Shown: positions 9,745-20,159 of the stretch, in pieces
How the letters are laid out: every line of letters begins with the position of its first letter
How positions within the stretch are numbered: the first letter of the stretch is position 1
NCBI GenBank assembly: GCA_964632945.1
Contig: CAZWCX010000007.1
Coordinates: 30,088-94,087 of the forward strand
Length of the DNA: 64,000 nt
Direction of reading: 5' to 3'
Source: an uncultured Planctomycetia bacterium
GTDB taxonomy: Bacteria; Planctomycetota; MHYJ01; WSZJ01; CAZWCX01
Notes under the pieces: generated by a model
What the model saw: the letters and a program-made list of their open reading frames with translations, nothing else
Database searches by the model: none
What the model was told of the DNA's origin: nothing
Translations under genes and position numbers: made by a program

Positions 9745-11327
9745 CGGTGTGCCTCCGAATGGTTCGCTCCGGTTCCGGCCCGCTGGGCGCGGGCCGCCTC
9801 TTCCAGCGATCGGACCAGCTCGTGTTTCTGCACCTTGCCCGTGGCGGTGCGCGGGAGTTGCGTGACGAAACATACCCGACGAGGGGACTTGTAGTCGGCG
9901 AGCCACTTGCGGCAATGCGCCTGCACGGCCGCCTCGTCGAGGCCGCCGACCCGGTCGGGGACGATCGCGGCCACCACTTCCTCGCCCCATTTCGGGTCCG
10001 GGACGCCGACCACGGCGCACTCCCGCACCCCGGGGAGCCGGTGCAGCGCCTCTTCCACCTCGCGGGGATAGATGTTCTCACCGCCGCGGATGATCATCTC
10101 CTTTTTCCGCCCGACGATGAAGAAGTACCCGTCCAGGTCCTGGGTGCCGAGGTCCCCGGTGTGGAGCCAGCCGTCCCGAAGCGTTTCCGCGGTCGCGGTC
10201 GGATTGCGGAAGTACCCCTTCATGACATTGGGTCCGCGGACGACGATCTCACCCACGCGACCGGGTTCCACCGGACGACCGGAATCGTCGACGATCCGCA
10301 TCTCCTGTCCGGGGAGGGGCAGCCCGACGGAGCCGACCTTGCGTCGGCCCTGCAGGGGGTTGACGGAACTGGCGCAGGTTCCCTCGCTCAATCCATACCC
10401 TTCGAGGATCCTGGCGCGGTACTTCCGTTCGAAGGTCTCGAACACCTCGACCGGCATGGGGGCGGCGCCGCAAATGCACACCCGCAATCGGGACAGGTCG
10501 CGCACCTGTTCGTCGGGAAGGCCGTTGAGGATGGCATAGATGGTCGGCACGGCGCTGAACGCGGTGGCGCCGAAGCGTCCGAGCGCGTCGAGGAACGGCG
10601 CCGGGCTGAATTTCTCCAGGAGGATCATGGAGCCGCCGGCGGAGATCGGCGCCATGGTCGTCACCACCTGCGCGTTCACATGGAAGAGGGGGAGCACGCA
10701 CAGGAAGCGGTCCTCGGCGGTCATCCCGGCGGCGGTCGCGATCGCCGCGGCGTCCCAGGCGTAGTTGGCGTGCGTAAGGACGACGCCCTTCGGCTTGCCC
10801 GTCGTGCCGGAGGTGTAGATGATGCCGGCCTCGCCGGCCGAATCGAGCCGGGGGAGTCGGTGGCCGGGATCGCCGAGAGCCGTCGCTTCACGTTCGTGAT
10901 CGGTCCAGGCGACCGTTCGGACCGGCAACGGGGCCTCCGGATCGAGGACGAGCGCCCCGCGCAGGAACCCGTCCCCCGGGATTGCCGCGGCGGCTACCGG
11001 GGCCAGCGCGCGTTCCGTCACGAGCCAGGCCGCCTGCGCATCGTGCAGGATGAACTCTACCTCGGGCGGCTTGAGCAGCGTGTTGATCGGGACCGCGATC
11101 GCGCCGGCGAATTGCGCGCCGAAGAACGCGACCAGGAACTCCGGGCGGTTCTGCAGAAGCAGGGCGACGCGGTCGCCCGGCGTCACCCCCTGCGCCGCCA
11201 GCCAGGCCCCGGTGCGCCGGGAGCGCTCGTACAGATCCGAGTAGGTGAGGGTCCCGGAGGGTGACATCAGGAAGGGGTGGTCGGAGCGCTCGCGCGCGTG
11301 CCGCGCGAGCCGTTCGGGGATGATCAT
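9741..11327 (-). CDS. AMP-dependent acyl-CoA synthetase (long-chain fatty-acid--CoA ligase family).
   Basis: An AMP-binding P-loop (YTSGTTGKPKGV), then GYGLSEG, DGWLHTGDLG and a PRTATGKVQK C-terminal motif. Confidence 0.9.
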   Translation of the reverse strand: MIIPERLARHARERSDHPFLMSPSGTLTYSDLYERSRRTGAWLAAQGVTPGDRVALLLQNRPEFLVAFFGAQFAGAIAVPINTLLKPPEVEFILHDAQAAWLVTERALAPVAAAAIPGDGFLRGALVLDPEAPLPVRTVAWTDHEREATALGDPGHRLPRLDSAGEAGIIYTSGTTGKPKGVVLTHANYAWDAAAIATAAGMTAEDRFLCVLPLFHVNAQVVTTMAPISAGGSMILLEKFSPAPFLDALGRFGATAFSAVPTIYAILNGLPDEQVRDLSRLRVCICGAAPMPVEVFETFERKYRARILEGYGLSEGTCASSVNPLQGRRKVGSVGLPLPGQEMRIVDDSGRPVEPGRVGEIVVRGPNVMKGYFRNPTATAETLRDGWLHTGDLGTQDLDGYFFIVGRKKEMIIRGGENIYPREVEEALHRLPGVRECAVVGVPDPKWGEEVVAAIVPDRVGGLDEAAVQAHCRKWLADYKSPRRVCFVTQLPRTATGKVQKHELVRSLEEAARAQRAGTGANHSEAHR

Positions 11328-11328
11328 G

Positions 11329-14300
11329 TCATTTCCCCCGCTTCAGGACCTCCTGCACCTCCCCCGATGATCTTACCTTATCAAAGTCCGGATCTTCCTG
11401 CACGAAATGAAGGTTCGCCCAGCCGTACTGCTGGGCGCGACGAAGGGAATCCGCGCACTCGCGCGCATTCCCCTCCAGGGCGAACACGGTCGCGAGGGCG
11501 TAGTGCGCCTTGGCATGGGCGGCATCCAACCGCAGCGCCTCGAGCAGATCCCGGCGCGCCGCCGGAAACTTCCCCATGCGATAGCGCGCCCCTGCCCGCC
11601 AGACGTAGTCTTCGACCGAATGCAGACGCGTCCGTTCACGCAACTCGGCGTCGCGAGTGAGCTTCATCCCGAAGGCCATGGTCGAGATCAGGATCTTCGG
11701 GTCCGCCTTCACCCCCATGGCGGCCACCGCCTTGGCCCACGCCCCTCCCAATTCCGGAAGTTCCCGTTCGGCTTCCGAGAACCGCAGGACGAACTCCTCC
11801 ACCTCGTACCGCATCGCGGTGCCTTCGCGATACAGGTCCATCCACTGACCCACCGCGGGCATTCCGAGGATGGTCCGGAAGACGGAACGAACGCTGGCCT
11901 TCTCCTTGGGGGTGTGGAACATGAGGTCGGGAAAGTGGAAGAGGGTGTCGCGGATCGCCTGGGTGAGCATGATTCCGAACGGCTTCTGCATCTCGAGGGC
12001 GACCCGGCGGAATTGGTCCACGCTGTCGGGGCGGAGCTCCACGAACCGGTCGAGGTCGGCCTTGGCCTCCGCGTCGAGATTGCAGGTCAGGCGAACGATG
12101 GCGCGCAGGATGAGGTGGTCGGCCGGCTCCATCCCCCGGGGGTGGACGTTTTGCAGCAGGGACTCGGCCTCGCGGAAGCGGCGCTGAAAGCAGAGCACGA
12201 TGGCCAGAAAGTCGACCCACTCCGAGCGTCGTTCTCGCTCGACCGCCTGTTCGAGATGGAGCCTGGCCTGGTCGTAGTCCCGGCGGAGGTAGTGGATCCG
12301 TCCGAGGAAGTGGAGCGGTTCCCCCCACCCGGGGGCGTTGCGGGCGACGAAGGAGAAGTTGCGCTGCGCGCCGGCGATGTCCCCGAGTTCGAGTTGGACG
12401 TTGGCCAGGGCCATGCGGGCCAGGTAATTCAAGGGATCGCGGCCGAGAATGTCCTGGAGCTCGTCCCAGGCGCGTTCCAGATTGCGGGCATGGCGACCGA
12501 ACACCGCGCCGCGCGCCGGATGCCGGTAGAAGCCGAGCATGCCGGCGTGGAGGAGGCGACTCTCCGGCGCGGAGTCCGCCAGCGCCTCGAGGTCGCGCAG
12601 GATGCGCAGGGCGGTCGGGCGGTCGGCGAACAGCGAATCGCGGAAGAGACGGACCACCCGGGTGTAGGGATCCTGGGGCGCGTCGCGCTCGAGTTCGAGC
12701 AGCATGCGTTCGCCGAGGACGAACTTGCGCGACTCGCTGAGGGACAGGGGGTCGTGGTGGAGGAGGAACAAGGCGCACAGGGCACGCGGACGCGGGGCCG
12801 CAGGGTCGAGGCGGATCGCTTCCTGGTAATGCCGGGCGGCATCGGCGAACTCCCCGATCTGTTCGTGGACTCCCGCGAGGCGAAGGTGGGCCTCCTTGAG
12901 GTTCGGGTCGAGGCGCAGCGCCTCCCGGAGCAACCGCACCTGCTCGACCGACCCGCCGGCGGCGAGGACGATGTCGGGGTTCTTGGCCTGCAGGAGGAGT
13001 TCCTGGGTCTTTCTCGCGGATTCCGCGCGTTCCCGTTCCAGGCGGGCACCCTCTTGTTCGCGCCGTTTGGCATCTTCGATCTCCCGGAGCCGGCCCCATC
13101 CCCAGCCGAGCCCGATCAGGGCGACGACCAGGACGGCCGCGGCGACCGCGATCGCGCGCCCGTGCCGGCGTGCGTCGCGCAGACGGCGTTCCCAGAAGGT
13201 CACCGGGCGGGCCCGGATCGCCTCGAACCGGAGAAAGCGGTCCAGGTCTTCCGCAAACTCCAGCATGCTCGGGTAGCGCTTGGCCGGCTCCAGTTCGAGG
13301 GCCCGCATGACGATGGTCTCGAGATCGCGGGGGACGTGCGGGGCGGCCTTGCGCAGCGGCACCTGGCGGCCGTCGACCACCCCCTGCATGATCTCGTAGA
13401 CTTCCTTGCCCGGGACGGGCGGAACGCCCGCGAGGACCTCGTAGAGGGTGGCGCCGAGCGAATAGAGGTCCGATGCGGGACCCACCCGGTCCCATTCGCC
13501 CGCGGCCTGCTCGGGCGACATGTAGTGCGGAGTGCCGATCGCCTGGCCCGAGAGGGTGAGTCCCTTCCCCGCCGAGATCTCGCGCGCGAGCCCGAAGTCG
13601 GCGACCTTGACCTGCCCCCACGAATTCAGGAGGAGATTCTGCGGTTTCAGGTCGCGGTGGATCAGTCCGCGCTCATGCGCGTGCTGGAGCGCGGAGGCCG
13701 CGTCCCGGAGCCAGCGGACGCGCTCCTGGATCGGCGGTTGGGAGGCGGCGATGGCCTCGGCGAGGTTGCGTCCGGCGACGAACTCCATCGTGAAGTAGTC
13801 CACCTCGTCCTCGCGGCCGACCTCGTACACCCGGACGATGCCGGGATGCTCGAGCCGGGCGGCGGCCCGCGCCTCGCGGCGGAATCGCTCCACCAGGGTG
13901 GCACCCGCGGCGGCGGCGCCGTGCAGCACCTTGAGGGCCACCTCCCGTTCGAGGTCGGTTTGAAAGGCGCGATAGACCGTGCCCATTCCCCCCGACCCGA
14001 GTTCCTCAAGGAGCAGGAACTTGCCGAACTTCCGGGGGCCGCGCGCGGGGCTCACCCCGGGCAGTCCGGGAGCCGCGCTGGTCGGTTCGTGGCCGGCCTG
14101 GGTGTCCCGGGCCGCACCGGTCAAGGGGGCGCCCGGGAGGGAAGGGAGCCGGTCCAGGATCGCGGTGCCGCGGGGGCCGATTTCGCCGGGCCGATCCGAG
14201 GCGGCCATGTGCTGCGTGTCGGCGATCACGGTGTCGCCGCGGCGCTCCCCCGGGGCCGCGGCGGGCGCGTCCACCGTGGGAACGCCCCCGCGGGCCACGA

Positions 14301-14505
14301 GCACCGTGACGCGCGTCGGTGGCTTGCCCGATTCGGCGGTGAATTCGTCGGGGATCTGTTCGAACGACAGCAGGCCGTTCGCCACGAGCACGTCGGCGAG
14401 CGGGCGACCCTTGGCCTGCGACAGTAGATGCGCTGCCTGGACCAGGTCCGGAGGCAACCCGGCCCGTTCGACGGCCCACTGGGCCAGGGAAGTGTCCGTG
14501 CCCAT
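11329..14505 (-). CDS. Ser/Thr protein kinase with a GspE-N-like (T2SE_Nter) N-terminal domain and C-terminal TPR repeats.
   Basis: Kinase motifs GSGGMGTVY, VALKVL, HRDLKPQNLLL, DFGLAR and SPEQ. The N-terminus (LAQWAVERAGLPPDLVQAAHLL...VLVANGLLSFEQI) is T2SE_Nter-like. The C-terminal ~500 aa are TPR-like. Confidence 0.9.
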   Translation of the reverse strand: MGTDTSLAQWAVERAGLPPDLVQAAHLLSQAKGRPLADVLVANGLLSFEQIPDEFTAESGKPPTRVTVLVARGGVPTVDAPAAAPGERRGDTVIADTQHMAASDRPGEIGPRGTAILDRLPSLPGAPLTGAARDTQAGHEPTSAAPGLPGVSPARGPRKFGKFLLLEELGSGGMGTVYRAFQTDLEREVALKVLHGAAAAGATLVERFRREARAAARLEHPGIVRVYEVGREDEVDYFTMEFVAGRNLAEAIAASQPPIQERVRWLRDAASALQHAHERGLIHRDLKPQNLLLNSWGQVKVADFGLAREISAGKGLTLSGQAIGTPHYMSPEQAAGEWDRVGPASDLYSLGATLYEVLAGVPPVPGKEVYEIMQGVVDGRQVPLRKAAPHVPRDLETIVMRALELEPAKRYPSMLEFAEDLDRFLRFEAIRARPVTFWERRLRDARRHGRAIAVAAAVLVVALIGLGWGWGRLREIEDAKRREQEGARLERERAESARKTQELLLQAKNPDIVLAAGGSVEQVRLLREALRLDPNLKEAHLRLAGVHEQIGEFADAARHYQEAIRLDPAAPRPRALCALFLLHHDPLSLSESRKFVLGERMLLELERDAPQDPYTRVVRLFRDSLFADRPTALRILRDLEALADSAPESRLLHAGMLGFYRHPARGAVFGRHARNLERAWDELQDILGRDPLNYLARMALANVQLELGDIAGAQRNFSFVARNAPGWGEPLHFLGRIHYLRRDYDQARLHLEQAVERERRSEWVDFLAIVLCFQRRFREAESLLQNVHPRGMEPADHLILRAIVRLTCNLDAEAKADLDRFVELRPDSVDQFRRVALEMQKPFGIMLTQAIRDTLFHFPDLMFHTPKEKASVRSVFRTILGMPAVGQWMDLYREGTAMRYEVEEFVLRFSEAERELPELGGAWAKAVAAMGVKADPKILISTMAFGMKLTRDAELRERTRLHSVEDYVWRAGARYRMGKFPAARRDLLEALRLDAAHAKAHYALATVFALEGNARECADSLRRAQQYGWANLHFVQEDPDFDKVRSSGEVQEVLKRGK

Positions 14506-14584
14506 GGGTGGGATTATCCCCTCCGCGGCGAGGCGGGGTCAAGCGAGTTCCCGGCCCGGCGCCGGCCGGCCCATTCGTTCCGCG

Positions 14585-15832
14585 CTACATTCCCCACGGG
14601 TCCTCGACCGTCACCAGGCTCGAGAAACCCTCCTCGAAGGCGCGGCCGATCCCCTTGCCGTAGAAGTTCATGTCCGCCTCGTAGCCGCCCCGCTCGAATC
14701 CCTCGGGCGAGGTGAAGTAACCCAGGTGATCGTTCGCGAGGCCGACGATGGCGGTGAACGACTGTCCGCGACCGCGCACGGCATCCCGCACGCGTCGGCC
14801 GACGTCCGCGCACATTTCGCCGGGCACCGCCAGCAGGACCAGGTCCTGGATCTGGAACGACTGGAGGACGACCGACTCGGGAAAGACCACGGGGACGCGC
14901 GGGCTCGGCAGCCGGAGGGTGGCGGTCTGGCCGCGCAGCAGGACGCGCGTGTTGGTGGGGATGCCGGGCATCCGTCTGTCCACCTCGTCCGCCAGGGCCT
15001 TTCCCATGGCTTCCACGCGCTCCCAGCGGGTGCTGCCGCCGGGCGTGCTCGGCCCCATGTCCCCCTCGTCCCCATTGGTGAAGAGGGCGGTGAACCCCGC
15101 GCCGTGGCGCCGCTCCAGTTCCGCGCACAGCGCCCCCGGGAAGTCGGCGGACAGCAGCATCTCCTTTTCGCTGAGGATGGTCGGATGGGCCGCATAGTTG
15201 ACGACGACGCCCATCGGCGTACCGTCCGCGCGATCCACGCGGATCAGGGTGAACGCGCTGCTGACCGGACCGTTGTCGACGCGTCGGTTGCGGTTGAATC
15301 CCGGCAGGTCGTCCTGCGCGACGCCGAGTCGCGCCGGTTGCAGGTTGGCGAAGGCCGCTTCGATCGCGGCGGCCGTGCGGGCGACGATGTCGCGGAACAG
15401 ACGGTCGTCGTACGGTCCCGTGGCGATCCACCAGTGCAGGTCGCGAGCCAGGGCGCCGGGGCCATTGTGCGTATGAGTGGCGCAGACCAGCAGGTGTTCC
15501 GGCCGCAGGTCGATCTTGCGGGCGAGCGCGCGCACCAGCGCCTCCCGGCAGCGGCGATCCACCCCGATCATGTCGAGCGCGACGATCGCCATGCGCGTCT
15601 CGCCGTTGTCCAGGGCCAGAACGCGGGCGCGGATCGGGTCGTGGACGCCCTCGCTGCGTTTTCCCATACGTCCGGAGTAGCCGGCGAGCGGGACGGGCCG
15701 GGCCGGGGTGATGTCGTGCACGGCGAAGCCCGCGTGCAGTTCGCGCGCGCCGGCGGGCGGCGTCGCGACCCCGATCGCGGCGGCCAGGGCCCCGAGGAGG
15801 AGGACGAATCGGATACGGGCCGGGGGTACCAT
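14585..15832 (-). CDS. Neutral/alkaline ceramidase-like hydrolase, N-terminal catalytic domain only, with a signal peptide.
   Basis: The sequence GFAVHDITPARPVPLAGYSG...DPIRARVLAL...LLVCATHTHNGPG matches the neutral-ceramidase active-site region. A signal peptide is present (VLLLGALAAAIGVATPPAGA). At 415 aa the protein is shorter than canonical ceramidases. Confidence 0.75.
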   Translation of the reverse strand: MVPPARIRFVLLLGALAAAIGVATPPAGARELHAGFAVHDITPARPVPLAGYSGRMGKRSEGVHDPIRARVLALDNGETRMAIVALDMIGVDRRCREALVRALARKIDLRPEHLLVCATHTHNGPGALARDLHWWIATGPYDDRLFRDIVARTAAAIEAAFANLQPARLGVAQDDLPGFNRNRRVDNGPVSSAFTLIRVDRADGTPMGVVVNYAAHPTILSEKEMLLSADFPGALCAELERRHGAGFTALFTNGDEGDMGPSTPGGSTRWERVEAMGKALADEVDRRMPGIPTNTRVLLRGQTATLRLPSPRVPVVFPESVVLQSFQIQDLVLLAVPGEMCADVGRRVRDAVRGRGQSFTAIVGLANDHLGYFTSPEGFERGGYEADMNFYGKGIGRAFEEGFSSLVTVEDPWGM

Positions 15833-15844
15833 GGCAGGGCTCCT

Positions 15845-17863
15845 TCAACTCTTCCGGCGGAGAAGCGGGACGGCGGACAGGGCGTAGAGCAGGCCGGCGG
15901 CGGGCAGCAGGGCCGTGACGCCGAAGACCAGGGAGGAGTATTCGGCGAAGCCGCCGAGCACGGCGCCGATGAGGTTGGACCCGAGCGAGCGGGTGGCGTC
16001 CTTCGATTCGCGGAAGGAGACCGCGAACACGCCGGCCGCGAAGAAAATGGGCAGGCAAGCCACGGCGGTGGCGGCCACGGCCCCGCCGGCGCCCATCCAG
16101 TCGAGGAAGCGCGCCGGCGGCAGCGCCCACGCGAGCGCCAGCGAGGCTCCCAGGCCCGCGTAGGCCCAACGGCGCCGGATCCCCACGCGATCCACGAGGA
16201 GGGTCATGCCCAGGATCGCCGTCAGAATGCCCGTAAACACCGCGGCATTGACCACCCAGGTCGAGCCGAAAAGGAGCGCCAGCACGGTCAAGGCGCGCGT
16301 CTCCAGCAGCATGAACGCGGCGCCGAGGAGGAAGAAGTGCGGCTCCACTCGATGGGCCGAGGGCGCCGCCGCGAACACGCCCGCGGCCGCCAGCAGCGCC
16401 GCGATCCCGATCACGACCCAATAGTCGGTCGGTACGCTGCGTTCGCGCATGTAGAGATACGGCCAGTCGTCGGTGCACACCGGCATCGGTACGTCCGGCA
16501 TGTTGGTCGGTCCCAGCCGTCCTTCGATCCCCGGCCCGGCCAGGAAGACCAGGTGCAGTTCGTCGGGCCCGCGAATCACCGACGGCGCCCGTCCGAAGGC
16601 CTCTTGCATGATCCGTGAAATTCGGTGGGCGATCCACTTCTGATTGATGCAGAACGACAGCGAGACTACGCCCTGCTCGGACAGCAGTTCCCGCACCCGG
16701 CGCAGGCACTCCACGGTATACACGTAGGTGTCGAGCCGGACGCTGGACATGCTCGAGAAGAGGCGATGGCTGTCGAGAAAGCCGAAGACGACGAGGTCGT
16801 AGGGTCCCGTGGCGCGCTGCAGAAAGGCGCGCGCGTCGTCGATGTGCAGCCGGACGCGGGGATCGGCGTACGGCTTCTCCGGGTGGCGTTTCCCCAGCCC
16901 GGCGATCGCGGGGTCGATCTCCACGGCATCCACGCTGCCGGCGCCGTTGCGCAGCGAGGCGGCGACGTCGTTTCCCGTCCCCGAGCCGAGAATGAGTACC
17001 CGCTCCCGGCGATCGGCGTAGGTGTAGGGGGCGTCATACATGATCCGCCACCCCTGCCAGCTCACCGTCCCCTGCGTCGTCGCCAGCTCGCGCATCGCCG
17101 CGTCGGAAAGGTTCATGGCGTTCTGGTGGTAGTCCTCGTTGACGTCGAGGCTGAAGCCCATCCGGGAGTCGAGGGGCTGGCCGGGGAGGACCGGCACGAG
17201 CTTGATCTTGTAGTACGGGGACCACAGGAACTGCCGGTCGTCGCGGGCGAGGAGAAAGAGGGCGGCGGCGAAGACCGGCAGCGCCAGGAGGAGCGTCCCC
17301 ATCCGTCCGCGGACGCAGATCAGGAATCCGGCGATGCCGGCGCCGAACCAGACCGCGGGCGGGAGCGAGAGCCAGGAGAGGGCGGCGTGCGCCGCGACGC
17401 CGGCGATGCTGCCGGCGATATTGATTGCATATCCGGTCAGAGGGGGGAGCGGCGTGAGCGCCCGGCCCAGCATCTGCCCGAGCGGCACGAAGAGCATGGT
17501 GGTCAGCACGAAGGCGCCGACGAGGAGCGCCTTGAGGTCGAGATCGGCCGCCCGCGCCCCCCCTTCCAGCACATTGGTCTGCCAGAGCTGGAAGTCCTCT
17601 CCGTGCGTGAAGTGGAACTGGTACTGGCGCGCCGCCAGAATCGCTCCGATCGTGGCCAGGAAGAGGAGGGGAAACCAGGCGGTCGTGTCCCGCCGTCGCT
17701 GCACCAGCAGGCAGCCCAGCCCGAGGCCGAGAAAACACGCGATGAGCACCACGTTGGAGTAATACGCGAGCACCCGGAACTGCGCGGGGGCCCAGCGCAG
17801 GAAGGCCATCTCGAGGAAGAGGCCGACGAAACTGATCAGGAAGAGGTCGATGCGCGCAGCCAT
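15845..17863 (-). CDS. Spermidine-synthase-like (aminopropyltransferase fold) protein fused to polytopic N- and C-terminal membrane domains.
   Basis: Central block VLILGSGTGNDVAASLRNGAGSVDAVEIDPAI...YDLVVFGFLDS, flanked by many transmembrane helices. Confidence 0.8.
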   Translation of the reverse strand: MAARIDLFLISFVGLFLEMAFLRWAPAQFRVLAYYSNVVLIACFLGLGLGCLLVQRRRDTTAWFPLLFLATIGAILAARQYQFHFTHGEDFQLWQTNVLEGGARAADLDLKALLVGAFVLTTMLFVPLGQMLGRALTPLPPLTGYAINIAGSIAGVAAHAALSWLSLPPAVWFGAGIAGFLICVRGRMGTLLLALPVFAAALFLLARDDRQFLWSPYYKIKLVPVLPGQPLDSRMGFSLDVNEDYHQNAMNLSDAAMRELATTQGTVSWQGWRIMYDAPYTYADRRERVLILGSGTGNDVAASLRNGAGSVDAVEIDPAIAGLGKRHPEKPYADPRVRLHIDDARAFLQRATGPYDLVVFGFLDSHRLFSSMSSVRLDTYVYTVECLRRVRELLSEQGVVSLSFCINQKWIAHRISRIMQEAFGRAPSVIRGPDELHLVFLAGPGIEGRLGPTNMPDVPMPVCTDDWPYLYMRERSVPTDYWVVIGIAALLAAAGVFAAAPSAHRVEPHFFLLGAAFMLLETRALTVLALLFGSTWVVNAAVFTGILTAILGMTLLVDRVGIRRRWAYAGLGASLALAWALPPARFLDWMGAGGAVAATAVACLPIFFAAGVFAVSFRESKDATRSLGSNLIGAVLGGFAEYSSLVFGVTALLPAAGLLYALSAVPLLRRKS

Positions 17864-17915
17864 GCGCGGGACTCTACCACAGCCGGGGCCCCGCAGCCAG
17901 CGAACGCGGCGGCGC

Positions 17916-18896
17916 TCACGCCTCCCGCACGGCGAACCGCGTGTGGGCCCCGCCGTCGATCTCCCGAATTCGACCGGCCTCTTCGAGCGCCTCGAGATGG
18001 CCGAGCGTCTCCGCGAACGCCAGCCAGACGTCCGTCAGCGGCAGTTCGCCGAAGAGCCTCCGGCTCAGCTCGAATGGGTGGGTCGGCTTCCCGGTGGCGA
18101 CCAGACCGAGCAATTTCTCCGACCGCGCCCGGGAGTGCGCGCGCACGCGTTCCACGACCTCGCGCAAGTCTTCCACCGCCTCGCCGTGGCCGTTCAGCGA
18201 GAGCCGCACGTCATAGGTCACCAGGCGGTCCAGGCTGCGCAGGTAGGAGCCCGTGCCCATCGCGCGACGGTGCGTGTGGCCGCCGAAGAACGGATTGGGG
18301 GTAATGTGCTTGAGCACCGTGTCGCCGGCGAAGAGGATACGGTTCTTCCGATCGTAGAAACAGACCGAGCCCGGTGTATGCCCGGGCGTGTGAATGACCT
18401 CGAGGTGCGTCCCGCCGAGGGGGATCCGGTCCCCTTCGTCGATCGTCTTCTCGACCCGGGCCGAGCGCATCAGCATCATCGCCTTGCCGAACGCGGCGAT
18501 GCCCGCGTCGAAGAGTTCCACCGGAAACCCCATGCGCGCCGAATGGTCCCGGTAGCGCGCCAGCATCGCGTGGTACGCGTCCGGAAACCCGGTCAGGCGG
18601 GGCGCGTCCGCCGGATGGGCGCGTACCGGCGCACCGGAGCGTTCCTGGATCCAACCGGCCTGTCCGCAATGATCGATGTGGGTGTGGGTCAGCAGCACCT
18701 CGGCGATTTGCTCCGGGGCGACGCCGGCCGCCGCCATGCCCTGCAGCAGCGCCCGGCGGTCCTTCTCCCAGTCGAGCCCGGTGTCGATCAGCACCCAACG
18801 TTCGGCCCGGATCAGATAGACGTTGACGTCGCCGACGGGAAAGGGCGTGGGGAGGGGGATGGGGTGGATCACGTAGTCCGGAGTGGTCAGCGGCAT
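17916..18896 (-). CDS. MBL-fold metallo-hydrolase.
   Basis: LLTHTHIDHCG (the HxHxDH motif) plus a downstream HTPGHTPGS. The ATG was verified at 18896; the track ORF starts too far upstream. Confidence 0.85.
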   Translation of the reverse strand: MPLTTPDYVIHPIPLPTPFPVGDVNVYLIRAERWVLIDTGLDWEKDRRALLQGMAAAGVAPEQIAEVLLTHTHIDHCGQAGWIQERSGAPVRAHPADAPRLTGFPDAYHAMLARYRDHSARMGFPVELFDAGIAAFGKAMMLMRSARVEKTIDEGDRIPLGGTHLEVIHTPGHTPGSVCFYDRKNRILFAGDTVLKHITPNPFFGGHTHRRAMGTGSYLRSLDRLVTYDVRLSLNGHGEAVEDLREVVERVRAHSRARSEKLLGLVATGKPTHPFELSRRLFGELPLTDVWLAFAETLGHLEALEEAGRIREIDGGAHTRFAVREA

Positions 18897-19080
18897 CAAG
18901 GCATTACAGCACCGGAACCCGTTCGCCGGGTATGTTTTTCTGCGCGGGCCGGTGTCCCTGGGCGTGCGCCCGCGCGGCGATTCCGCCCCGCCGAACAAAA
19001 CTCTTTTCCGTGAATCTGTCAATAAGGTAGGCTCTAACTTGGTGCGCCACCCGGATTTCACGCCGAACGGAGGCCCCGCC

Positions 19081-20145
19081 ATGCGCCGACTTCCGCTCGC
19101 CTGGGGTTTGCTCTCGCTGTTCGCTGCGGTCCTTCCCGCCGCGTCCGCTCAGGAGCTCGATCCCGCGCGACACCTGTTCTACCAGGCTGACCCCGGCTCG
19201 TTCCTCGAGTACGATGTCCACCTTTACTACGACTGGTCCCGGACCGCGTCGAGCGATGCGGCCGCGCTCGCGGCCGTCTCGGGCGGCTCCTCCGGCGACC
19301 TGCCCGACCAGCCCTGGTATGCCGTGCACGACCCCGCCGAGGTGGACGTACGGATCCGGCTCGAGATCGTCGAGGTGACGGAGCAGGAAGTGCGCGGGCG
19401 ACTGCACTACGGTCCCCCCCGAGTGCACTTCTTCGACAGCACCACGCAACTCAAGTTGGACTACGCCCGCGCGGAGGATGTCGCCAAGGCCGACAAGCGC
19501 ATGGCCCAGCTCCAGGACCCCCGACAGCGTGAACGCTTCACCAAGGTGCTGGGGGTGATCGAGAATCCCTTCCTGGACCAGTTCTGGCGCGTGCTCGCCT
19601 ACAGCAAGATCGAGAACTGGAGCGTCGGCTTCCGGGTCCCCCGGCGCGGCGGCGCGGCGACGCTGGAGGGATTCGAAGACGGCTTGCGGGAGCGACTGCC
19701 CGCAGCCGTTCCGGCCGAGTCGCGCGCATTGCTGAATGAGGACGCCCGCGACATGCTCGGCCTCGTTTTCCCAGTCCTGCCCGACCGGGACCAGTTGGCC
19801 AAGGGAAACTGGGAGGCGGAGGGGGGGGTACGATTCCGCTACGACGGTCTCCAGCGGGAGCGCGGCCAGGCGTGCCTCCGTTTCGTCAATGCCGAACGCA
19901 AGTCCGTCGCCCGTCGGGACGACGCCGACGCCAATGTGAAGGAAACCCGGCGGCTCGAGGAATCGATGCTGTACTCCAAGGACGCGCGGCTGATCCTGGC
20001 GCACGAGCGCGAGGTCAAGAGCGCGGTCGTGGAGCAGCAGCGGAAGGAGAAGGACTCGGTGTTCGGCAGCGGCAAAACTCGCGCACAGGTCCGCTGGGTG
20101 AAAACGGTTCCCGCGCCGGATGCGCCGCGAAAAGCGCGGGAGTAA
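19081..20145 (+). CDS. Secreted hypothetical protein.
   Basis: Signal peptide MRRLPLAWGLLSLFAAVLPAASAQ, followed by a charged soluble domain. The ATG was verified at 19081. Confidence 0.6.
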   Translation: MRRLPLAWGLLSLFAAVLPAASAQELDPARHLFYQADPGSFLEYDVHLYYDWSRTASSDAAALAAVSGGSSGDLPDQPWYAVHDPAEVDVRIRLEIVEVTEQEVRGRLHYGPPRVHFFDSTTQLKLDYARAEDVAKADKRMAQLQDPRQRERFTKVLGVIENPFLDQFWRVLAYSKIENWSVGFRVPRRGGAATLEGFEDGLRERLPAAVPAESRALLNEDARDMLGLVFPVLPDRDQLAKGNWEAEGGVRFRYDGLQRERGQACLRFVNAERKSVARRDDADANVKETRRLEESMLYSKDARLILAHEREVKSAVVEQQRKEKDSVFGSGKTRAQVRWVKTVPAPDAPRKARE

Positions 20146-20159
20146 AGGACGCAGCCCGG

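Noticed and set aside
14514-16709. 731-aa minus-strand ORF overlapping the ceramidase and SpeE-like genes.
   Set aside because: It is in an alternative frame on the same strand as two genes with strong motif support. Its composition is Arg/Gly/Pro-rich nonsense.
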